From the NCBI GenBank assembly GCA_004431415.1, contig QPMI01000187.1, forward strand, positions 1 through 54,417: a stretch of 54,417 nucleotides of DNA. The letters are read 5' to 3'. Positions 31,501-43,856 of this stretch are shown here, piece after piece. Both the position numbers and the translations under genes were made by a program. The stretch comes from Cyanophora paradoxa CCMP329. Lineage: Eukaryota > Plantae > Glaucophyta. The notes below the pieces were generated by a model that was not told where the DNA came from, did not search any database, and saw only the letters and a list, made by a program, of their open reading frames with translations. The first letter of the stretch is position 1. Each line of letters starts with the position of its first letter.

Positions 31501-33765
31501 CCCGCCCACCCGCTCACTTCTTCTTGCTTTGGAAGGGCATGCCCGGCGCCTCGTTCCCCAAGTTCAGCGGCGTCAACTCCAACATCATCGGCTCCATCAT
31601 CTCCGGTCCGTCCGCCCTAGCCCGCCCCCCCGCCCGATCCCCGGCCTCCTCCTCCCTCCCTCTGCCGACGACGACCTGGCCCTGATCCTCCCTCGTCGGA
31701 GCGCAGTGGCGCTGATCGGGTACATGGAGACCATCGCCATCGCGAAGCAGTTCGCCCGCAAGAACGGGTACAAGGTCCGCGTCCGCGGCGCTCTGGACCC
31801 CCAATCCGCGGGGCCGCCCGCCCGCGCGCTCAGACGGGCGCCGGGTTCGAATCCGGGCAGATCGACGCGAGCCAGGAGCTGATCGCCCTGGGCCTCTCCA
31901 ACTTCCTCGGCTCCTTCATCTCCGCGTACCCCATCTGCGTCTCCTTCTCCCGCACCGTGCGCGCCGCTATCCCTTCCCCCCTACCCCCCCCCCCCCCCCC
32001 CCCTTCTTCCGTGACGCGCCTTCGTTCGCACTCGCAGGCCATCAACGCCACCGCCGGGGCCACCTCGAACGTCACCAAGTTCGTCTCGGCGATGGTGCGC
32101 CTGCCCCGCCTCGTACCCCCCCTCCACCCGCCCTGTACCCTCCCCCCTCAAAGCCTCTCTTCGTTCGCAGTGGGTGGCCTTCGCGCTGCAGTTCCTGACC
32201 CCGCTGGTCTTCTGGCTCCCGCGCCCCATCCTCTCCGCCATCATCGTGCGCCCTACCCCCCCCCCCCCCCCCCTCCCCCCTTTCCCCGTCGCCCTTGCCC
32301 GCCGCCAACCGCTGTTGCCGTTCTTCGATCGAGAGCTCGACCGTAGCTTACATTCCGGGCATAGCTTGAGCGAGCGAGCATAGTTTTCAAAGGCGCGGGG
32401 CCGGCCCGAGCGCGCGGCCTTCATTCATAGCTTTTGAGCCCCGCGTAGCCCCGGCCACCATCATCCCCCCCGGCCCTCACACTCCTCCTCCTCCTCCCCC
32501 GCTCTGCTGCAGATCATGGCGGTGGTGGAGCTGCTCGACTTCACGGCGGCGGCGCACACCTGGCACTTCAAGAAGTGGGACTTCCTCACCCTCATCGCCT
32601 GCTTCCTCGCCGTCCGCCCCCTCGCTTCCCGCCCCGCTCCCGCCCCGCCCGCCTCCGCCTCCTACGCCCCGCCCCGCCTCCTACGCTTAGGTCGAACTTT
32701 AGCACCTCTTACATCAACACACAAGACAAAGAGCTTCACATCGCCCAATATATATGTCTTTCCGACTAGATATTATCGAGGACCCGCCCTCCGCCCCGCT
32801 CCCGCCCTCCGCACTTGTAATCAAGCTGATCGCCCCGCCTCAGGTGTTCTTCGGGGGCGTGGAGCTGGGCGTCGGCATCGGCATCCTCTTCTCCCTCCTC
32901 CTCGTCGTCATCCGCATGGCCTTCCTCCGTGCGCCCGCCTCCCTCCGCTAAGCTGTGCTGTGCTGTGCCTCGCTTCGCTTACTAAGGCCCCTCTCCTCTC
33001 TTCTTCCTCAGCGGACATCCCGCGCCTTGGACGCCTGGTGGGCACCGAATCCTACGAGGACAAGGGCGCCTTCCACTGGGCCACCGAGCAGCCGGGCCTC
33101 GTCGTGCTGCAGGTCCGCGTGCCCCTCTACTTCTTCAACCGCGAGATGGTGCGCGCCGCGCCCCGTACCCCCCCCCTCTGCTTCCCCCTCCGAGGCGCGC
33201 CGGCAGCTGGTGCAGCGCGTGCGCGCGGCGGAGGCCGAGGCGGCCTCGGCCGTCAAGGCGCGTACCGCGTACCCCCCATCTCCCCCCCCCCCTTTCTAAC
33301 TAAGGCCGAACCTGCGCAGGTGGTGGTGCTTGACTTCGGGCCGTGCCCGGACATCGACTCGGACGCGGCGACGGCGCTCAAAGAGCTGCACGCGGAGCTG
33401 ACGCTGCGGGGCCGCCTGCTCCTCATCGTCGGCCTGACGGAGCGCGTGAAGCGCTACTTCGACCGGGCGCAGCTGCGCGAGGCGATCGGCCTCCAGAACT
33501 TCCTACCGGACGTCCCCACCGCCGTCAAGCACGCCACGTACGGCTCCAAGGACGGCACCCGCATCATCGGCGCCCCGCCCGCCGTGCGCCCGATGCGATT
33601 CGATCCGATACGATGTGATTTGATCTGATCTGATCTGAGCGGCAGGGTGCGATCGGGTCGACGTACGTGATCCAGTTCATGGAGGAGCGGAGCCGCCCCT
33701 CCCCCTCGGAGACCCCGGCGCCCGTCGCGGCGCCCGAGATCTTCGTCGAGGGCGGCGGCATATGA
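28562..33765 (+). CDS. SLC26/SulP sulfate/anion transporter with C-terminal STAS domain, multi-exon
   Basis: DFVAGTTVACTLIPQAMAYAQLANLDPVYGLY; LGPVAVVSLL; LRLGWITNFLSHPVLIGFM; METIAIAK...QELIALGLSNFLGSF...SFSRTAIN; STAS VVLDFGPCPDIDSDA. The conserved core follows the Met at 29498, and phase-consistent exons extend upstream to the ATG at 28562. Confidence 0.92.
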
Positions 33766-33920
33766 CGGGCCGGGGGCCGCCCCTCCTCCGCGCGCTCGTC
33801 CGCCTCCTCCTCCGCCGCCCTTCTGCTTCGGCCCCGCCACGCCCGCGGGCCCAGGCCGGACTCTTGCGCCGACCTCACCCTCCTCCTGGACTTGGGCGGC
33901 GGCGGCGGCGGCGGCGCGGG

Positions 33921-33953
<33 letters not shown>

Positions 33954-34641
33954 CGCGCCGGGGCCTGGACAGCAGCAGGGCCCCGGTCCGCGTCCCGGTC
34001 CGGGCTGCTGCTGCGAGGCCGGGGCCGGGGACGACGACCGCGACGCGTACGCCTGGCGCGCATTCCATCCGAACATATAGAGCGTAGTGGGCGGCCCCTC
34101 CCCCGAGCCCATATGCATCTTGCCCCCTCTATCACTTTTTCCAGGCTCGATCGCGAGCTCGTTATTTTGGCGTCGACACTAGTACTGGTACGAGATGATA
34201 GGTAGGTTTCCTCGATCGCAAGCAGCGCCCCTTTCCGTTGTTTTCGCTGGCATCGCGAGCGCACCTTTCAATCATGATCAGCAGCGGTCTCAATTTCAGT
34301 GCATGTACAAGAGCCAGATCTAGAACAGCAGAGTTAGAGTTTTGAATGGCCCCAGGGCCTTGCAGGCTATGTCTGAGTTTGCACTCCCTTTTTTGTGATG
34401 TGCTAGTGTCGTCGTAGATTATCCCGAGCGTATGTTATCGACCTTGCTTACATAGGTTTGTGCACTTCGATTTCGAATTCATCGTGCTTCAAGGCTTGAA
34501 GGCTCGACTAGACTTCTTGCAGGCCTGCAAGGCTGCACCGTGGCTGCACGGCAGGCCATGCATATGGATCCCGGAGTCATTTCCCAAATTAAACCCAAGC
34601 CGGCCCGGCCGCGGGGTACTGTGGCAGTGACGTGTAGGGTA

Positions 34642-35045
34642 CCGTAGACGACTTAAATACCGCGCCACATATTACCGCGTTCTAAAATTTCGGCGCCGGT
34701 CCCCGCGCTTTAGCGCAGTGGTACAAGGTCGTGCTACGACCTCCCGGATTTCCGGGTTCGGTTCCTACTGTTTCCGCTTCGTTGTACTTCGAATCCCCGT
34801 GATTCCTGATACCGTGACTTGTATCCTCGTTGTGTACTACGAGTGGGTACGCCCGCCGTAGATCTTTAAAAAATATGCGCTTTACCGCGCTACCAAATTA
34901 CCGCGTTCCATCGTCTTCGAAAATGTATTATTTGTTAGCAAAGGGGGTAATACTGCGCTACCAAATTACTGCGTTCTAAAACTTTTGAGCGCGGTAATTT
35001 GGCAGCGCGGTAGTTAAGTCAGCGCGGTATATAAGTCGTCTACGG
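34642..35045. mobile_element. MITE (Tc1/mariner/pogo-like) with 24-bp TIRs and a TA target-site duplication
   Basis: TA|ccgtagacgacttaaataccgcgc ... gcgcggtatataagtcgtctacgg|TA (one mismatch). Internal taccgcg(c/t) subterminal repeats. Non-coding, 404 bp. Confidence 0.85.
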
Positions 35046-36018
35046 TACTGTACGTCGGCATGTGTGGGCCCGCGCGCGCGCGGCGCGCGCCGGCCGGCTA
35101 GCGCTGCGCCGCCTGCGCGCTGCGGCGGGTAGTACGCCGCGTAATAGCGCGTATACCGTAGTACGTAGTATTACGTACTACGCGGAATAGTACGGATCGG
35201 AGTACTAGCCTAGTAGTACTGTTCCGGCATTGCAATTGTCTTCTGGACATCTCGAAACGGTGCCGGTAAGTACCGTAGTACCTCCGACCGCCTACGAAGT
35301 TCTACCTACGTTAATTAATTATCGAATTTATAATTATATATATAATTAAGAATTGAAAACTCGATCGAGCAGCAAATTTAAAAAACTATGCCTCTTAAAT
35401 AATTAGCGCTAGCCTATATCCTAGCTGGCCCTGTAACTATATATAGCTCCAAATTTGGAAAGCTATGTAAAGCTCTGCAAATCCGATCAAACACGTGGAG
35501 AGCGGCCGAAAACTCAAAAACAAAACACAAAGGGCTTTGTTCGTCCAAACTATTTGAGACCAGGCGATTAAGTTTTTCCGAAAATGATCCGGAAGGCGAG
35601 CTGCCCCATCATGATGATCATTGATCAATTGTTGGTTGGAACTTCGGAAGTTGGAAATTTAAAGTCGATTGGAAAGTCAAATTAAAGTCTCACAGTCTGA
35701 CACAGAGTCACAGACTCGAGCTCACAGTTCGAAGTTCGAACTTCGAACTTCGAAATTCTCGGAGAATTCGAAGAAGCGGGCCTGGATCGTGTCTTAGACT
35801 TGTATCCCCCATTCTGCTGAGTCCGAGTCGGAAGGGCGCCCGCGCGCGCGCAGCCTGGATTGGATTTGGGAGCAGATCGGATCAAGAAGCAGATCTAGAG
35901 CAACCGCTGAGCAGCTGCAGCCGCGCGCAGCGCCATTCGGTATCGTTCGTCCTCGCAGGCGACTGCAGGTCTGCGTCTAGATCTAGAGCCCAGCAGCACG
36001 CGCGCCGGTGCCGTCGCC

Positions 36019-39000
36019 ATGCCGCGCGGTGCGCGCCGCGGAGCCGCGCTCTCGGCAGCCTTCGGGGCCGTCGTCGTGCTGGCTGCCCTCCTCCCCATCG
36101 CAAGCGCCTACAGTGCGTTTTCCGCACCCTCCGTGAACCTAATGCTCCTAGTGTCCGGAAGCCGAGTGCGCATGCGGGCGCGTTCCTGGTGGAAGCTGCG
36201 CATGCACGTGCCGGCGCCAGGCCAGAGGGGCCCGGGGCGCGCCACTAACGACCGAGAGAGATTTAGCGCTACGCTTGCCCCCTCGGTTATTTGTCCGCCG
36301 GGAGGGGCGCATAGCCGTCCCTGGGTCCCGGACCGCCGCGCGTGTGCCGGTTGGCACCGGCGCAGGGCCACGCTTACCCGCGCGCTCTTGCCCGGTTGGC
36401 ACACTTGATCTCCTAGGCCTCTAGGCAGTGGATGTTGACGTTAAGCTCCGGCTGGCTGCAGACCCAACCCACGTCTCGATTTGAGTTTAGCTCGCAAACG
36501 TTCCTGAGCCATAACGCATCTGCATGGCTCGCTAGCTATAGAAACGGTCGACTCGCACGCCGAGCCCTGCTGACTTGCTTTGTCGACGCAGACGGCGTGC
36601 AGCTCGACCATGTCACGATCAATGGCCGCTCCCTCACGGCCCGCACTGTTGAGCACCCCAACATGTTTGTCATCGAGAAGACAAGTGTAAGCGACAATGT
36701 TCCCTCCTGATTATGATCAGCTCCGGATTTTTGTAGCGGGCCGGCTAACACGCACGCCCTTGCGCATCCCGGGTCCGCAGGCCGATGTCACCTTCATGCT
36801 GGTCAGAGCTGCATTCTTTTTATAATTATAAATTCCTATGCCTAATATAAGATCGTCGGATGCCGCTTTGGCTGAACTGTTTTTTAAAATTTTCTATACA
36901 TGCACAATTCGCGCTCATGCGCTGCCGCGTGTAATTTCGCTGACTGGTTCGCCGACTTTGTTCCAATTTGCAGAAGGTCAACATTACGGGTGCGCCTGCG
37001 CTTTCTTTGTTGCTGCTTATGTATTCGATCCTAGTTGATCGCCATCGTCGGCGCGCGCAGATGCAGTTGCAGGCTCCAGGTTCACGGGCAGCTGGAGCCA
37101 GCCCGACTTGTCGCCCTCGAGCGGCCAGGCGATCGTCAGCTTCGGACTGGGTCGGTTTGGTGCGCGGAGTCCGGCGTTTCGTTTCAGCCTGGCTTTCATT
37201 TCGTGATCATTTCATCATAAAGTTTTAGTGCCGAAAATCAACGCGTCGAACTTATTATCATATATATATACATATGCTTGGAATTCAAAGATGCCCCAAG
37301 CTCTAACTCCCAGACTCTTGGCCTCGAGCATTTTTGAATTTGTACTCTATATATATTTCCGCCTGACGTCGACATTAACGTAACTTGTCGCGAGCAGACT
37401 ACGCTGCGGCCTCGTGGACCGGCGCGGCGGTCGACGCCAAGCAGAAGCGCCTCCTCATGTCGGACGGCCAGTACATGAACTTCGGCGGACGCCCGATCCC
37501 GCTGGGGTTCGTCCAATTGAACTTGTCAACTAAGATAGATGGAGAATTCATTCGCGCTCGCAGCATTCCGCTCGAGGTTCTGCCTCAGGTCTCGGACGGC
37601 CTTTTCAACGCCAGCGAGGGCCTCCCCTTCCCCCCGCTCGACGACGTCTGGACCGGCGTCGCCATCAAGGCGGTCTCCTGCAACCAGCCGCTGTCCGCCT
37701 TCGTCGCCGACTGCAACATCACCGTCAATTTCGGCGATAAGATCGAGGGCCTGATGCTGCTCCAGGGCGCCGCTGCCACCGACGGCTACAAGGTGCTCAT
37801 GCGCTCTACGTCTTGCACGAATGACTAGCTTCCCGATGCGCGAATTAACGCCCGCGCGCGCAGTCGCTCGCGGACTGGTGGAAGACCCGGCCGGACTGGC
37901 AGGAGACGGAGAAGGCCGAGGCCGCCCAGTCGAAGATCGTCAACTCGGGCTTCGACCAGCGCTACTTTGGCTTCCTCACCAAGGCCAAGAAGCTCCTGTG
38001 CGCCATATATATGGCCGCCCGAGACGCCACTTGAGACGATCCCGATCGCGACTGACGGGCGCGCGGCAGGGTCGACATGGCTGCCGTCACTGACGTGGCG
38101 GTGCCCGCCGAGTACCTCGAGCTCGACATCTTCGACTACGTCATCCCCGACGCGTTCGGCGAGGTCGTGTTCACCGCCGGCCTCTCCTGTGAGTCTCTTA
38201 AGCTTCAGCTCCGAATTCCAGCGCCATTCCCAGTGATCTCGATATTGATTATGTGCTTCGCAGTTATCAAGAACGCGGCCGTGAACGCGCCGTACTACGC
38301 GGCCAAGAAATTCACGGGCACCCTCATGATCGTGCGCGGCCTTGCCACTTCGAATTCGCCGTCGACGTCGGGCGGCGCGTGGGGTGGAACCTGACGCATA
38401 TGCATACTCCGGCAGGCCAGCATCGACCAGCCTACGTTCGACGAGGCCTCCGCGGCCGTCACGTGCTACCTGGAGCCCAGCTCGACGCCGTTCGGGGCGT
38501 ACGCGCGCGACGGCTGCGACAAGCTCAAGATGGTTAAGGTCTCGGACGCCGTGCAGAAGCAGACCGCCGACGGGTCGGACTCGAAGATCTGGACGATGGA
38601 CGTCGCCCTCACCGGCTTCGACACGCTCGACATGGACCAGTTCGGAGGTGCGAGCGAAGCGGCCCTTTGAGGGACGATCGGCTTCGCAACGTTGTAACGC
38701 GAACGCGACGCACCGCAACGCAGTGTACGTGTTCTTCCTGTACGACCGCGCCTTCGTCTTCAGCCTCTGGGTGCGAACTTCAGCTTGTTGCCGCCCTCAC
38801 CTATCTTATGGACTCTCTTACATGCGATTAACCGAATGGCGGCGCAAACGTCGACAGGACGCGGGCGAGGTCATAGACTTCCTCGTGGGCATCTACTCGA
38901 TCCTCGAGAACGTCGTGGACATTAACGACCCCGAGGTCCGAATCCAAATATTAATAAACATATAAGATATTCTTAAGCTTCTTAAGCTATATAGCTAATC

Positions 39001-42000
39001 GTAAATCTTAAGCTTATAGCTCCCTGAGCTTGCTTGGTCTGGTCTTCAATATATGTAATCGGCTCGAGCGACCGACTGAGGCGTTTCCGCGTCGATCAGG
39101 TCGTGAAGGCCGCGGAGGGCTGCATCAACCGCGCCCCGGGCAGGGACCTGGCGATGAACCCCGGCGCCTGCACCTCGCGCGTCCCCGGCGCCATCACCTG
39201 CGGCGTCTGCCCCGACATCACCAAGGTCCTGTGCGTCTCCTCCCTAATTTAAAGCCCTGCTCTCGAATTATATATGCATTCCTTGGACTTGGCCATGTGC
39301 TGAGTCGCGGCCCGCGCACTGGCAGCTGGACCTCGAACGGCTTCGTGGCCCCCGACTGGATTCTGGACCCCACTTCGACCGACCCTGTCGACTCCTCGGT
39401 ATGTTCAAGTTTACGCTTCGACGAATCAAGAAATATTAATTTGCGGATCGGTTAGGTTGGCATCTGCTTCCCGGGCAACGACGACGGCCCGTACGGAATC
39501 GAGTGCGACGGCTGGATGAAGCCCGGCAGTGCGTCATATGCATCCGATCCCGCTGTTCAGCGCGTGTCTCTAGCGCTGACCGCCGCCCCGCCCGCGCACG
39601 CAGCCGGCGAGGACACGATCTGCAACCAGCCACAGAACAACTTCGCCAACGAGACGGGCCGCGCGAACTGCTTCAAGTCGAGCAGGCTTCCGGATCCGGA
39701 AGGCAAGCTGACCATGTGCGGCTACTGCAAGGACCGCGGCTGCGTCAAGTCGCTCGACGACCTCTCGGGCCCCTACGACGGTGCGCCGCTGTTTATATAT
39801 CGCTTGGCGATCCATGGCCAGAGTGGCGCTGATACGCGCGCCCGCCCGCAGGCCAGTGCCCGCCCCAGAACTGGATGCCGCCCTCGTTCGTCCCCAACGT
39901 CTGGGAGGAGTCGGACCCCGCCAACATGAAGATCAAGAGCGCCCCCGCGTTCGCCGCCGTCCCGTTCTGCAACAAGTACGACTTCGAGAAGATGTCGGAA
40001 GACCCCGAGCTCCCGCTCGACCAGATCTGCGTCGAGCGCCCCTCCGGGTCAGAACACAATTCACTTAAGCTTCATACACATGAACACAATAAAACTGATG
40101 TTATTCGCTTCTGCGCAGCGTCCCGCCGCCCAGTGGCACTCTTCGCAAGACCTGCGCCCCTTGCAACTCGACCACCGATGGCCCCTGCGTCTCTTACTAC
40201 CAGGTATCACTGCAGCTGCTTTTGTATTGCTTTAACGCTTGCATTGATATTTTCCGCAACCGCAGTACTGGCCGACCCCGTCCGCTCAACTCTGCCGCTG
40301 CATCTACGGCATCGACCCCGACTGCCCCGAGTCCATCGACAAGAGCATGAACGAGACGACGGTCCTCCAGGAGTACGAGAACCAGCTCAGCGACTCAGCT
40401 TCCGCCTCTGCCAACTCCACCCGCCGCGCCGCCCGCCGGTGCGCGATGGATAACTTGATTGACACGGTGTTTAATTCCGGCCTGACTGAGCCGTTCACGA
40501 TCGTGCAGCCGCATGCGCCAGACCCGCGTGCGCACCGCGCGCACCAAGACTTCGATCTTCTCCGCGCGCTGCGACTCGTGCGCCGTGTCGGCCCAGCGCA
40601 TCCTCTACAACCTGCAGGTCAGCTTCCTTAGCATATGGCTTAAGGCTTAAGCTTGAGCTTCCTTAGCAAAGAAAGAAGCTCAAGCTATTGAAGGCTTAAG
40701 TGCACGACCTGCAGGGCAAGGAGATCATTCCCGACGCCAAGAAGACCTGCAGCATGTACAACAAGTTCCCCCTCACGCCCTCCGTCGTCGGCAGCGGCGG
40801 CTTCTGGTGAGACCGCCGAGCCGTCGGCTCTTTTCTCCGCTGAGGTTTCGCGCACTTGACCGCTTTGATCGCAGCTCCTCGAACTTCGACCCGCCCGCGA
40901 CCGCCTCTGCCGGCGTCAAGAGCGCCGCCTCCAACGGCCTCGTCGCCTACGCCAACAAGTGCGACGCGCCGAGCGCAATCCGGAGCTTCAAGCTCGCCGC
41001 GCCGCGCCGAGTGCTTATGCTGCCCCGCCCGCAGCATCATCCTCACGACGGCGTCGCGCAACTCGGCCAACGGCCAGCGCATGACCAAGGCCATCAAGGG
41101 CGTCGGCACCCTCTCCGTGAAGAACGTGGCGGCCAAGACCAAGACCGACGCCGACCTCCGGACCTTCGTCGCGCAGTGCGACCAGGACATGAAGCAGCAG
41201 GACGACACGCTCTGCCAGAACATCGTCACCAGCCTGCTGGCCTCCTACGGCAAGAACCCCCCCAAGTTCTACAACATCTCGATCAACGCCCAGCTGAACA
41301 AGGTCCTCGACGCCTGCACGCCGCTCGCCTGCCCGAACGGTGCGCGCCACCGTCGTTTACGTTTACGTGTCTCGCTAAAATATAATCTGATGCCGCTTCC
41401 GTCGTGTATTTGTGCAGGCTTCAAGGACGGCAAGTGCGCCGGCCAAGTCTGCGACATCGCTCCGGGCGTTATCTTCCCCGAGAACTGTGCGCCTCAATTT
41501 AAACAGTCGACGTCAGATTAATTATAATTAATTATATATAATATATAATAAACTGTGCGCTCAATTTATATAATTAAACGGCCGATTTCCTTCCGTCTTC
41601 GCCGTGGCCGTCGCTCACGCCGCTCACGATCGGTCGGTCGGCAGTCGTCATGCCGCGCAGCGTCTCCGTCACGCTCCCCGTCACGGCCAGCTTCGACCTC
41701 ACCCTCGCCCAGCTGGCCGAGGGCACCTGCAGCCCCGCCACGACCGGCACCAAGGCGGTCCTCGCCAGGAACGCCACGCTCCGCGCCGGCGTCGCCGCCT
41801 CGCTCTACAGCTCCGTCTCCGCCTTCGACGCGACCTTTGCCGGCCTCACGGGCGCCTCCGTCGGGCGCTTCGTCAACGTCGGCCCCTCCGGCCTCGTCTG
41901 CACGCCTGCCCCGCCGAAGCTCACCGTGCGTTGTACATGTCGCTTTGAGATTCGATTTGCGCTTCTTGCACTCATCTCCGAACTCGTCCCCAGGTCTTCG

Positions 42001-42775
42001 CCACCGATACTACCGTCGGCGGCAAGAACTACAGCGCCGAAGCGTTCCGTGGCGCCGTCTCTCGTGCCGCTGCTGCCGGCAAGCTCCTGGTGCGAGCCGT
42101 GCCACTAGTAATCCATCCCAGTCCGGATCCGCTCAGCGGCTCACTTCGGCGGGCTCGCAGGTCACCATCCAGGGCACCGTGTACAACATCTCCGCCTCCG
42201 AATTCAAGGCCGGCGCGACGCTCGGCGGCGTGATCGCCCCCGGCGGCAAGGCCGGCGGCCGCATCGGCCTCGCCAAGCCCAAGATCGGGCGCTTCGGCAA
42301 CTCGGTCGTGAACAAGGCCCGCGGCGCCAACCGCCGCGGGCGCCTGACCTTCAACGTGCCCAAGGATATCTGCGAGGGCCTCCTCAACAGCGACGCGGCC
42401 GGCTTCCTCGAGGCGATCGTGGCCACCGTCACCAACGAGGTCAACGCCTACTCGAACAAGTCGCTAGCCGCCGGCCAGCTCGAGGCCGTCAACGGCTCCA
42501 CCGTCTGCGGCTCGGTCAAGCAGGACATGGACATGTACCCCTCCACCGGCGCTGACGCCATCGCTGCGGCGGACCTCGAGAAGCTCGTCAAGGACGCCGT
42601 GGCGCGCGGCAACATGGCGCTAGAGATCAACGGCGTCACGTACACCATCTCGACCACCGACGGGCTCACGACGATCAGCACGGGCACCGGCACCTCGGCC
42701 GCCCCGTCCACCGCCGCCTCCCTCCTCGCCAGCCTTCTCTTCGCCGTCGCGGCGGCCTTCCTCGCGATGCTGTAG
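36019..42775 (+). CDS. Large secreted, Cys-rich, probably GPI-anchored surface protein, multi-exon
   Basis: Signal peptide MPRGARRGAALSAAFGAVVVLAALLPIASA. Many Cys-rich exons and N-x-S/T sequons. S/T-rich linker and hydrophobic tail AAPSTAASLLASLLFAVAAAFLAML-stop. Confidence 0.7.
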
Positions 42776-43856
42776 AGAGGAGCCCGAGTCGTGTAGGGGA
42801 AAGGCCGGCGGGGCCGGGGCCGGATTCCCGCATGCATATGTTCGTGCTTAGAATGTAGTTCAGTTGCAGCTGCAGTTGCGCTCCCCTTTCGAATTCGAAG
42901 ATTCGCTCGAGAAATTGTATTCGAATTCAGTTCGATACAATCAGATGATCATGATCAAGAGGGCAGCCTCGCATGTTAGCTCGTAGTGTTAGCGTTATTT
43001 TCGTATTTCCCTTCGTACTTTCGTACGTTTAAAACGCCGAGGTTTGGACCATCGCGTATCACGGGGCGCGCGCACAGCGCGCCTTCGTACAACGTGGCGG
43101 CCTCTCCCGGGCGCGTTTCGTATTCTCAGCTGCAGTCCTGGCTTCGATCTCCGGATCCATCCAATCGGCCTCTCCCCATCCGATGATCGTTTGTGAGCGT
43201 AGATCTAGAGAAGTGTCGAGATTGTGAAACCTGAACAACGAGAGTACGATGAAGATTGCGATTGGGGACTGGATCCGGAGCCGCGGCCGGGTCAGGGAAG
43301 CCGTGCTACCGCGCAATCGATAGCACTGATTAGCGCATGACGTCGACGTCGAGTGCACAATTAAATGGAAAACTTTGCAATGGAAGGTGATCATGATCAC
43401 GATATCGATGCCGAACGCTAACTCGAGATATGAATTCGAAATTATGGGGGCCGGGGAATGGGAGGGAATTCAGAGGGGGGACAGGAGGGGCCGGCCGCGG
43501 GGGCGGGGGAGGGGGGCTGCGGCGCCACGTGCACGGTCCACGTGTTAGTTGCGCACAATTGCAAGCTTTGAGCGCAAGCTTCAGTTTGATTCCTTGATGG
43601 ATCATTGAATTAACCCCCCAATCCATAGTGGCAATCGATATCTTGAATTGCAAAGTAAAACAAATAGTTACAAGGGACAGATGCACACACACACACGCGC
43701 GCGCGTTCTGCCAACGTACTGTCGGCGAGATGTGCGTCTCTACATCGTCTGAATCCCGATCGCGATAGAGCCGAATAGCCAAGTGAAATAAAAATATACT
43801 GCGCGACGCCTGCCGCGTAAATTAAAGCTAGGAACGAGGAAGCTTTAGAAACTACA

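Noticed and set aside
34700-34800. Functional tRNA gene
   Set aside because: A- and B-box-like motifs are present, but I could not fold a full cloverleaf with an acceptor stem and 7-nt anticodon loop.
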